Assembly: GCA_002633005.1 (NCBI GenBank)
Contig: NMRA01000358.1
Location: 311,213-375,212 of the forward strand
From: Phoronis australis
Lineage: Eukaryota > Animalia > Phoronida
Length of the DNA: 64,000 nt
Direction of reading: 5' to 3'
Shown here: positions 52,846-64,000 of the stretch, one piece after another
Layout: each line of letters begins with the position of its first letter
Numbering within the stretch: position 1 is the stretch's first letter
Position numbers and translations under genes: made by a program
Notes under the pieces: model-generated
The model's input: only the letters and a program-made list of their open reading frames with translations
The model's database searches: none
What the model was told of the DNA's origin: nothing

Positions 52846-53103
52846 CATGCGCGGCACACTCAGCCTTAAAAATTGGGGGCTCGAATTTTTGAGAATGTGG
52901 ACCTTTTACTAAGATTCACGGAGTACTTTCAGAGCTATGAATTGTGCATTCACCGACTTTTGGCAGTTCCCGCATTTTAGTGAACATTTGTCTCGTTTTC
53001 TACTTTCTTCGGAGTTCTTGTTTCTCTGAGGCGGACCTTTTTGCCTACTTCGCTAAATGGGGGACTCGCTCGAGCCCCGCCGAGCCACCCCTGTGTGTGC
53101 ACG
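52846..53103. mobile_element. ~250-bp MITE with 5-bp TSD, copy 1
   Basis: CATGCGCG ... GTGTGCACG flanked by GTGTA on both sides; direct homolog at 54616-54858. Confidence 0.8.
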
Positions 53104-53312
53104 GTGTAATCATGAGTCCACAATATAGACGCTGAGAGTGTTGTAGCAATGAGTAATGGTGAGTTTAGGTATAAAGCCACACCACACCACATTTTTGTCT
53201 TGAGACACTGGGTAACGTGCAGTAAATGTTTACAACCGCACCAAACCACGTTCTAGTCTCCGTTTCGTTAAAGTTTAAGTTTCAAGTTCAATTGTTAGCA
53301 TAACGTAAACAG

Positions 53313-53556
53313 GGGCCCGTTCCAAGAAACTGACTTAAATTAATTTTTGACTTGAGTCTAAGATTTGTCTTAACTTCCAAACTTTGAAACTTCCACATTT
53401 GGAAAGTTAGTCAAAATTAAGACAAACCTTAGCTCATACACTTAAGTCAAATTTAAGAGCTCTTTCTTGATTTGGTTTTGAGACCAATTTAACTTTTATT
53501 TTAAAATTTACTAAAATTTAAGATTTGTCTTAGCTAAGTCAGTTTTATGGAAAGAC
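53313..53556. mobile_element. PIF/Harbinger-like MITE, copy 2 (one end eroded)
   Basis: CAG|GGGCCCGTTCCAAGAAA...; reverse complement of 47841-48071. Confidence 0.75.
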
Positions 53557-54615
53557 AGCATTGTCATTTCAGTCCAAGTAAAGACTAAAATGATTTTTTT
53601 ACCATTTCTTTGAATGAAATGTTCAATTAATCGCCTATTATTAGCAACCGCACTGTCTTAGGGAATGAAATTAGCCCGTCGCGACCATCAACCTAATGAG
53701 GCTTGTCTGTACGCAGTAACGACCTGTCAGTTTTTCCCAAGTCTAGAAATCATTTGTAACTTGGGAAAGAACAATATGAAACCGATTTATAAGAGCTAGC
53801 GGTGTACGACGAAGAGTTGTTTTTACACAAGGCTTGGGTTGATTGACCCTTTAATGAAACTGAGTTCGAGATTTATTTCAACTATTCAAGAGAAGTAGGT
53901 TCTGAGTTAAGGGACTTCGGCACAACTTGGCAAAGAAGGCGAAAATCAGTTGTCATTTTGCAACACTGAGTATCTGGTAAATATTAATCTTTATTTCAAC
54001 TACTAGATAATTTAATTTGAAAAATGTTAATTTGCGTTGATTTTTTATTATTACGGCGTTAAATAATAGCTCGCAACATCAAAGTTCTTACGCTAAAACA
54101 TAAGTGTAAACGTTATGTTTGACTTCATTTCGCGGTAAAATGGAAAATTTGAATTTGTCAAAGAAGAAAACTTTTTCATCTAAGATTATTCGCATGACCT
54201 CAACTTATTCCACAATCCTAACAACATAACACAATCGCCATCTAGTAAAATGCAGCGGATTTTTCGTGATCTTGAAATTGGCGAACCTTCGAGAAGGTCA
54301 AAAGCCACATTTTATGTGCCGCTATTTGAAAAAAATTGGTTACAATCAAATCGGAGATACCCAACTTTTCGTATTTCTGAGAGAATGAGGGTAGTGAAAG
54401 AAATACATTAAAAAACATTGGCATAAACATTTTTGTGCGTGCTAAAACTTTAAGCTTTGAAATACTCAAAATTCAGAAAAAATACTTTCTCTGTAACGGG
54501 AATACTTAATTCCATGATCCCCACTTTGTTTTGCAGATTTGAGGTAAGCGAAGGCCAAACTACAAAACATCAAAAATAAAAACATCAACGACAATTTATA
54601 ACTATTTTATAACTA

Positions 54616-54858
54616 CATGCGCTCACCCAGCCCAAAAAATGAGGTGCTCGAATTTTTGAGAATGTGGACTTTTTACTAAGATTCACTGGGTACGTTCAGA
54701 GCAACGAATTGTGCATTCGCCGAATTTTAGTAGTTCCTGCCTTCTTCGTAGACTTTGGTCGCGTTTTCTACTTTTTTTCGGAGTTTTGTTTCTCAGAGGT
54801 AGATATTTTTGCCCACTTCGCCAAATGAGGGGGGCTCGTTCACCTGTTTGCGCACATG
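54616..54858. mobile_element. ~245-bp MITE, copy 2
   Basis: CATGCGC ... GCGCACATG, flanks AACTA/AGCTA (4/5); shares GCTCGAATTTTTGAGAATGTGGAC with copy 1. Confidence 0.8.
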
Positions 54859-55101
54859 AGCTATGACGAACCCCTTAAACAAATAAAAAATCCGACTACT
54901 TCAATTGTACCCATCTGGAGTTATACGCTATTTCGTTTCATTGATGATATTTTATCATAGAAGCGGTAATAAAATTGAAACCACGTTGAGCAGAACTTAC
55001 GGAGATACGTCACAATTTCACGCGAGCCAATGCACATTCGTGTATTTCATAGTTTGATTGAAAGATCTACAGGGAAGATGGTGATTCGCGAATGACTGCT
55101 C

Positions 55102-55109
55102 TGACGTCA
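55102..55109. promoter_or_regulatory. Palindromic CRE (TGACGTCA) upstream of a candidate secreted-protein gene
   Basis: Exact motif, CCAAT at ~55027; function inferred only. Confidence 0.35.
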
Positions 55110-55603
55110 GTGCAAGTATGAGTTAAGGCAATGAACAAGAAATCTAAGTGTACAGCTTAATCAAAGCCTCCTTACCATCAGCTCAACAACTAGCGGTCAC
55201 ACGTGTGCAAAATAATAGTAATCTAGGGACTTATAACGACGGACAAGTCGGAACGGTAAGGCGCCAGCATGAACTGCACACAATTAAACGCCAACTTGGC
55301 TGTGGTTGTCGCAAAGTAGAGTTGAAACTATGGACTATTCTGGGCGATTTTGTCGACGAAGGATGCGTAAAGCAGAAATAGTGTTGTCCACGGAGTCATA
55401 AGATCGCTGTCCTTGCCTGCCCGCTCATACTGGTTTAACAAACACAGAAACAGTGAGCCTGCGAATCTTTTTATAAAACTTGACAGTGACCACAGCACTT
55501 CACATTCAATCAATTGCGGAAAGGATGATTACATTTATAGATTTTGTGTGACGTTTCTGTCCTTGTTGCAGCTTGTGTAGAAGTGTACCAGCGATCAGTT
55601 ATC

Positions 55604-55673
55604 ATGAGAGGGTTTTTCATGTTTGCGGCAATAATTTGTCTCGCCTGCCCACTTGGATGTTATTCACAGCACG
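55604..55673 (+). CDS. Candidate first coding exon (signal peptide) of an unidentified secreted/membrane protein
   Basis: Acceptor ttgttgcag at 55571, ATCATG, MRGFFMFAAIICLACPLGCYSQH, phase-1 donor G|GTAAGT; no downstream exon identified. Confidence 0.55.
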
Positions 55674-57341
55674 GTAAGTACACAATATACTTGTATATAA
55701 ATCGTTTGAAATGACTGCTGATTTGTAAAACGATGCCGCGTTAATGTCAATGGCCGTTAAATTGATTTCTCTCATGCAGTTTTCGCAACATTTTTTAATT
55801 GATCAATCATAATGACACCAATTATTGTTCGTACTCGTGTTACAGGGTAGTCGTTGCCCTGTGCGTACGCACTGTTGGGCGAGTTTGTGGCAAAAACAAA
55901 GGTTAGACTGCTCAGGGTCTGTTCATCTCAATTCAGGGTTGTGTTCCTCCATTTAGGAAAGTCTTCCCTATGAAGATATGCTTTAATGATATACAAGCAC
56001 AAAAATTAGTCTTATTACTGTATTAGCCTTAACTGGCTCGGCGCCTGTGTTCAAAACTCACAAAATGCTTTCAAATCTCCTCTAAGAAACATGCGGTTAA
56101 TGATATACAATCATTAAAATTAGTCTATAATTACAGTATTGGGCCTCAACCGACCGTTTACAAACCTCCCGAAATACATTCAAGACGGCACAAACTAGAC
56201 AGGATATGCTGCAAAACTATTTCTTTTTAGATTTACACTGATCTTGAGGTGAGATTACTATTTGTCGACTCAATGATAGTGTTTGTATAAGCCGGAGTTG
56301 CACAAATATCTTTCGTGGTCGATGCAGTTAGCAGTTATTATGTTCTGCGCTACTAATAATACGACAGTATACAATTCGCGAAATATAGTCATGCTGGAAC
56401 AACAAATGTTCGGCCTGACCTAACTCGGCTTTTGAGGCTATCGTACAAAATGAGGAAATGAGTTATTTGCTAACTTTTATTCACGGCACTTAACGTTGTA
56501 TACATTTAGCACCTTATCGGCAATTCTGTGTATGTAGTCAAATACCTACAAAACTTTTGAATTTTAACTCAGCAAAAGCGTGTATTTCAGTCGCAACTGA
56601 GAAAAACCTGCTCTGTTTGATTTTTTACTTTGTGCCAATTGGCCATCAATCGGGTCACGTCAGCGTGTCCTTTTAATTAAATTTAGCAAATAAGAAAGAC
56701 ACACCCACATCAGAAGAACAGCATATATGAGTATCAATGATATAACCAAATTTGGTATGATATAAATGATCCGGAGGGAACCTTAAAAAGGCTGTTAAAA
56801 TTCTATAAGTTTTCATTTCGTTTTCACTTCATGCAACCTTTGACGTTTTTAATTAGAAATCATTAGCTCCAATTTTTGATAGCCCTCCTGCAAAAATGGA
56901 ACATTTGAAAAGAAATATTACAGAGTTTCGGAACTTGAAAAAAGTGCATAAAGTGCCTTACAGTAGTATGCGGAAGTTTTATAACCCATTTCTGAAATAT
57001 GGCGTGCCGAAAATTTTTAGGTGCCTAGTATGCATAACCTTAAAATCGTTGAGAAGCACTTACAGTAATAGCAAAACATCGATAAGGAAGACTGTTAACA
57101 GAATACGACTGGAGGTCAATAGCGCTGGGAAGGGGCAACCATTATGAAATGTATTTGTTGTCAAATTTTGTTAGCCTCTCCTCTATTTTCAGCCATCTAA
57201 TCATGAGTTACCCAGTTTTTTCAATTACGGTCACGATAATAACTACGAAATAACAAACAAAATGATATTATAGATGTACGTGTAGCCTTCAACTGAAAAT
57301 ATGTTGTCAAGAACATATCTATTTTGTAACATGTTGCTAAA

Positions 57342-57565
57342 TGTGCAATACGAAATACTGTCGTATGATTTACCAAACGGGTATGACTGTAAACCAGATG
57401 TGGGAAACGGCACACGCTATACTTTCTCAATCGTCGGTGCACACAGTTCATAATAGTGAGTGTGCAATGCAAAATACTGTCGCGTGAGTTACCAAACGGG
57501 TATGACTGTAAACCAGGTGTAGGAAACAGCACACGCTGTACTTTCTCACTCGTCTCTGCTCACAA
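57342..57565. repeat. ~120-bp tandem duplication
   Basis: TTACCAAACGGGTATGACTGTAAACCAG..GGAAAC.GCACACGCT twice. Confidence 0.85.
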
Positions 57566-58183
57566 TTGTGCAGCAGGTTAATACATTGTCATGGGTGTGC
57601 ATCCAACGAAATCTCGTCGTATTGTTAATTCAGCAATTCAACAGTTGTTATCTTACCCCGGGTGTTTTCAGGTATTTGATTATGTAGACATGCACTGACT
57701 CTAATTTATTCAACCATATGAATTGATGAACGGCTCAAAAACCTAAGTGACGGAGATAACAACCAGTCACCAGGTGGCGAGACTTGCTTGATCGTGAGTC
57801 GACTCATTAAGAGCTGTCAAGGAACATATGGAAATCGACGACATTTCGTGAGTCTTCTCATACATAGTTTGGCAAGGAACCGCTTTAATTCGAAAGTGTC
57901 TAGAATTTAAAGTATACATTCAGCTATTAAGGAGTTGTAAAATTTTGCTTAGGTGAGTGAGACGATGAACATTTAAACGGAAATTTGGTTTTTGGAAAAA
58001 AACGGCAATCGAAAGCCTTTGGGCAATGTAGGTGTGCCGTACGGTTCAGACTAAGCAAAAATACATGGAAGGGCGACATTAACCCTATGCCAAAGATTTG
58101 AATCATACTACTTTCATATGTTAATTACTAAAATGTAAAAATCAATGCTATGCCGTTTATCAGCTTAAAAAATCAAGTACCTC

Positions 58184-60686
58184 TGATACGCCGTAAAATG
58201 TAACAATTTCGTAAAATGCAACAACTGTTACATTTTACGTCATTGTTACATTTTACGTTGTTGTTAAATTTTATGTCGAATGCACAAGCGAGAAATGTAC
58301 CATTGTTACATTTTACGAAACCAACGTCATATTTCAAAGATAATGACCAAAATCCCGAACAAGTAGTATCTGACACGGCAGGGGGCACTCGAGTATTTTA
58401 GACGAGGGGTGCCGCCCGAAAAAATTGAATACCTATCGTTTAGAGAGTGAGCTTGGACAAAATATTGACCAATTTAGAGACAAGTTCTCACGCATTTCTG
58501 TTCCAGAAATTCAGAGAAGGCACCCTTTTAGATAATTTTTTTGATTTTTGCTGTGAAAAAAACATCCTTTTGGGCGGCACTTTCGTATACCTCTTCTACA
58601 GGAATGCAGTCCAGACTGACAGGGCATAAGTTTGGCTACCCATTATCATTTTTATTGCTATTACATTACTGTTATTGCTATTACTATCATTACTACTTTC
58701 ACTACTATTACTCGTTATCGGTATCGCTATCATTATTATTATCATTATTAATATTTTTGAATTTATTTAACAATGACACAGTGCAATATAAATAATACAT
58801 GTTTTAGCAAAGTGCTAATATATCATGTTCCTCAAACATATTGAAATCATCTCATTTACGATTCAATGTTTTCACCGGGCTCCCCATAATGGACAGCGAG
58901 TGCTTAAAGAGGTTCCTATCGTTCAACCTTAACAATATTGGGAGAAACGTCATGACAGCTGTGGATGCAGAATAGGCATACTTTTTAGAAACGAGGGGGT
59001 TGAGATTAAAAATCTTTACTAGACGCGCTCAATTTCAAAAATTGATTATTTCTGATCTATCGGCAAGCACGTATTGTTCGTAAATATATAACTATATCCT
59101 TCTGTAGTTTGCCACGAAGAACTGAATTCAGGCTGTACAATTTTTCTTGCGACTTACATCTAAGCGTGAGGATACCCACTGTGTAATCATTTTTGTCTCT
59201 TGTTGAAAACATTCATTTTCAAAGAACTGGGGCTCGCTCCCCGATGTAAATTCAAAATTTGCTTTAAGTTGAATTTTGAATGTAGACATTTTTCGAGAAC
59301 TAGCGACTAGTCGGCTATGGCTGCGGTCACTGGGTCTTTGGAATAGTTGGTAACGGATACAAAACACGCACAATTATATGTGGAACGAGCCCCAGTATTA
59401 ACTGAGTGAATTGAACTAGGTTTCATTGAAAGTGGGTTGTAAGGAACAAAAACGGCCAACGTCGAAGTCAGCGATGTTTAATATGCCAAAAGTCTTTATC
59501 TGTCTACAAGTTCGCGTGTTGTTGACAGCGAGCTGCAACACAAAAATGGCACCTCATGAGACACGTGGCTTCACGTCCATTAACACTAGAATGTCCAGTC
59601 TCTGTCTTTATTTATATGTGCTTCGGACTTAGGAACGTGGTTCCTAGTTAGGACTAACTATCATTGACTAAATACCAATTTTCTTGCATTTTTAATCTTA
59701 AAAGATAATAGAAAGAGAAAGTGCATGTTTTGAAAGCCCGAAAGGCCAACAGTTAGCTTTTTTCGCACTGTTGCCCCGTTAAACTATCGACCTAGACGCG
59801 GTATAAGCAAAATGACCTTGTCCTTTCAGAGTGGCAAAATATTTTTTATTTCCCCACCTAGACCTCCCATTTTACGCATACACGTCACGGTTTGATCAGT
59901 TGTTATCACCACTAATTCAGACAGGTTTGACATCGTAAGAACAATTGTATTTCTTTCAGCTTTTATCTCTTCAAAACACGTTCCACTAGAAATTGTCGTT
60001 CGTAATTAAGGTGGTAAACACAACCCGTCGGTATCAGAAGCTTTGGTCTTGTCCCTTTCGTGAGGAGCATTAGCCATGACTCCAAGGCAATGAAACACTG
60101 GCTGAAATAAATCAAGCTATTATAACGGGTGTTTTTTCTATCAAATTGGCTCCCGAAATTGAATACGCTGTCATTGTTTCTGTTGTGCTTACGGGGTACC
60201 AAGGGAAGTGTGTTTACTGTAATGCCGGACACACAATTGGGTGTTACCTGTGACCGCCCACAAAAGATTGCAAGAACGCTTTAACAATAAAAAACACGTT
60301 ACCTGATCTTGGAAACTCATTTCGTCTGGAATTGAAACTGTACGGGGTACATTTTTGACTATACCAAGAAAGCACATACGAACACATCTATAAATTCGAG
60401 CTGGCACATTTGATAGAATTTCATTCAAACAATCCGAGAACGCGTTAAGTGTATAAACCGTTTTCTCCGTGTGACAAATACGATGTAACTCATGAAATAT
60501 GATGTCGGTTTCGTAAAATGTAACAATGGTACATTTCTCGAATGTGCATTCGACGTATATTGTAACAATTAGATGAAATTTAAGAACTTGTTACATTTTA
60601 GGAGAGCCTGGCCTAGCAACGTAAAATGCAACAATGACGTGACAGTTGTTACATTTTACATAATTGGTACATTTTACGGCGTATCA
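58184..60686. mobile_element. Unclassified 2.5-kb non-autonomous element with long, internally repetitive TIRs
   Basis: TGATACGCCGTAAAATGTA... (58184-~58337) mirrored by ~60493-60686 ending ...CATTTTACGGCGTATCA; TG...CA ends; flanks TACCTC/TACCCG. Confidence 0.75.
58640..58752. repeat. (TAT/TAC)n degenerate microsatellite
   Basis: Low-complexity trinucleotide tract. Confidence 0.75.
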
Positions 60687-63600
60687 TACCCGTTGCCAGC
60701 AGAAATCAGTACCTAACTTTACCGCCAAATCCTATACTCTGCGGTGTTAAAAGTTTTTTGAAGTTATTGGAGAATGAAATTGTATTTTGTATTAAGTCAT
60801 TCATTTTTTGCCAAAATAAAAAGAAAAGTTAAAACTTTGGCCTGGAATTTCACATTTTAGATTTGGAGGCCGGGGTCATGGGGTCAAACAGGGAAACGTG
60901 TAAAAAATCATTCCGTTTTGAACGTGCAAATCTCAGCTGATGTTATTTTTCATGATCTGTCTTATTAGAATCTAAATTTGGAAACAATGCTATACGCAAT
61001 TATATGTCTTCATATAGCAATGAGTCAATGTTTACAGCCAACTCTGTCAAAGCGAATACAGGTGGCAATCGCCATTATCAAAGTGATCTTAATGTGTCAG
61101 TTTTTTCAAATTTTTATTTTATTTCAAAGGAAATAAAATGTAACAAAATTTGAATTTATTGTTTTCCTTTAAATTCCAGAAAGTCCTCACATAGTGTCAC
61201 TGGCGTCATAGATAGAAAAAAAAACTACCGAAAAAGAATTAAATGAGTCCGTTGGCATTTTTTTGACTTTTTAATCAGATTAGTGGACTTCAAGGGAATA
61301 TCCGGAAGTGAAAAACCTTGAAGCGTTAACTACATACATTAAGTGTATATCAGATTGTCTCAAACATTTCAAAGTGAACCCGCAGTCTCCTTCACTGCAG
61401 ACGGAATGGCCGCCCATTCGTGCCAAAAATGGGCTTTTTAACCACAATTTTCCCCTCCTCTCCAACCATCGTGAAAACAAGAGCATTGTGTGTCAACAGT
61501 CAACAAACTGAAAGTATTCACTCGCGTTTTTGTTCTGTAAAAATCGTGTTTTTCACGACGATTCTTGTAAGGTACATGTCAAGCAATGTTATTCATGATT
61601 CTTATACTGAGCATGAGTGTTTGTTTGATAACATGTTCTATATTTTTCGTGTTACTTGAAGCCTGGCTGTTCTTGTTGCTGTTTGTATTGATCTGATATG
61701 TACTGTTACTTACAGTGAATCGGATACCATCCATATAATAAGTTCTTGGACATGTCTGTCTGGCTTTCCTTCCAACTGCCACCATCGCGTTTATTTTTGA
61801 CGCAAATACGAAAACAGTTTATCTTCAGATTTTTTCATTTGTGGCAAATTACTTATAAGACACAGTATGTTATTACTATTCGGAACAATTTTCAAGTATT
61901 CCCTCAACATTGTCATTCCAAAAACTCTTTCCGTGGTTCCTTTGTAGATTGTATCACAATGCAAAAAAGAAACGATTAAACATTTAGCTGTTAAAATAAC
62001 GGGATTACATCCACTAAATTTCGCATGGGAATGGGACTGATTGAATTATGGTCTTAGCAATCAAATGAGCACTGGTTCCTGTTGAGTAAACACAAAGCGC
62101 TTTGAAGATTTTGAATTGAAGGAAAATGACCTGTTTCTTAGTTTCTACTACATTGTATGTTTGTTCTAATCGACAAACTCCACGTGCAGGAGGATTGACA
62201 ATCTGTCGCAGAAATTTCAAATAGGTGCAAAGTGCGGGACCCATATCTCTGGTAAAAAAGTCGAGATGCAAGGCCAATTTGGAAATAGGCTTCTGTGTCC
62301 CGCCAACCCTACTGCCTAACGTGCTCAGTTGTACTCATACACGCCATTATACAATGGCTTATGATACTCGTGATACATTATACATTACACGTGGATTGAC
62401 AAAAAGCCATGCCGATGACCACTGATGCGGAGGTACACAAACACCGAACAGGATTATTTGCAGCTCTGCCACAGACGCAATTTAGGCACGAATTTGCTTG
62501 TTTTGTGAAGATGTCTAAATCCCGACACCTCCAACAGTACACTTACTCTTACTTAGTGTGTACAGGAAATAAAGCACTACATTCCACAATAAGATAAGCT
62601 TCAAAGCAAATTAAAATGAGTGCAATGACACATTTTAAAGAGGTCCGTCGAAGGTCTTTTGATTTAAACCACTTACCACTATCAAATTGATCTCAATTTG
62701 TTCTTGTATTGCACTAACGGTTGATAGTTGCTCTAGACCACGTGGGGGGAATAAATTGACATGCCGTGACAGCACCCCCTGTGGAGCCTTGTCTCAAGAA
62801 ACAACTAACCAGATACCATCATTCTCTTGACTAAGAAGAGATGTAAAACCCATACCTTAACCGGTGAGTGGTCTAAATCAAATTGCATTTTTGTGAACGA
62901 ATCTTTGTGAAAATTGAAAGTTTAAGTCAGCAAGCCGAATAATGTCCCAAGCATTTTTTTATGCAAATTAGTGCTGCCATTACTTAATTTTGCAACATCT
63001 CACTAATTCATTTTGAAAAAATAAATGTCTAAATCTATGTTTTGAGGGTCGAGCATAGTTACATACCATTTTCTAAGTAATCCCTGTTTCTGTAGGAAAT
63101 TTAACAACACTGTCTAACAATAATTTTTTCTTAGACAGAACACGTAAAAGGTTCAAAAGACAACAGAAAAATTAATGCACACGTTAACGTCATTCAATCG
63201 CGTTCACCTCATTTTGTGAAACTTTCGTCAGACGACTGGTCATCTTTCGCTTTCATCCACTTCACACACATCAGTAATCGTGAGATCAATCACTGACTTA
63301 AGTTGGATAGGGCAATATAAACACATTGGTCTTTAATCGCTAATCCATTATTTCCTTTGACGTAAGGTTTCGACTGCATTCACCAGTATGCCAACAGTTC
63401 ACCACCATGGCTGTTTAAGGCAATACGGTGATTTTCTCATCGAATGTATGGTTTTTGTGCAAACAGGTATGGGGAGAGTACAACAAAATCAATTCTAGAC
63501 TTGTGAGCGAGGTCCTCCCCTACCATAATGCAGAACATCTGGGCACCATAATGACTGATCATAAAGGTGAACTCCTCCACCTTTCCGTAGTTGAGGGGTG

Positions 63601-64000
63601 GCGTCAGAACCGACACCAAGAAGCCTGAATGCACTGTGAAATGTGGGATCTATTCAAACTTTAACGAGGCCCCATTACAGTTTTACCTTTAAGTGCACTG
63701 GAGCAGGCTTCTCCAATGAATACATAAAAACCCAAGAAGCGTAGAGCGCCCGAGTTAATATGTCCCTTAGGACTTTGCCGGCTCAAACTATTTTGTCGTC
63801 GCAGTTGTCCACCAGATCCTTTATCTTGATGCACAACTGGCATTTTGGCCTATGAACCAGCTGATTCACGAAAATGTCAATTTTGTGTAAGGGGTTGTGC
63901 AAGTGCTTTTTAACTCAAATGTTGCAACTTTATTAGATACAAAACACAATTGAACATCTTGGTTGTTGTAGATTTCCGAGAGGGTGCGATTACAAATCTT

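Noticed and set aside
63095-63570. Downstream exons for the 55604 signal-peptide exon
   Set aside because: Candidate acceptors (~63095, ~63276, ~63467) give early stops in phase 1 and no recognisable domain.

Overview
Eukaryotic (metazoan invertebrate, probably lophotrochozoan/mollusc-like; species not determinable from sequence alone) genomic window with GT-AG introns. The left half is gene-rich: 3' half of a Sidekick (sdk) gene on + (FN3 repeats, TM, GFSSFV C-terminus), a convergent WBP2 gene on -, an intronless ETFB gene head-to-head with WBP2, and a Hillarin/kyphoscoliosis-peptidase-like gene on -. The right half is mostly decayed DNA transposons (hAT with 5-bp TSD, two inverted Kolobok derivatives with THAP and P2X7-ballast-like remnants, IS3EU, MITEs), minisatellites, an 80-N gap and one orphan signal-peptide exon. 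The most interesting observation is a pair of tandem, homologous, phase-incompatible exons (1933-2161 and 2396-2621) in sdk that appear to be mutually exclusive alternatives for one FN3 domain. Exon boundaries were read by eye from splice signals and frame continuity; no transcript or database evidence was available.
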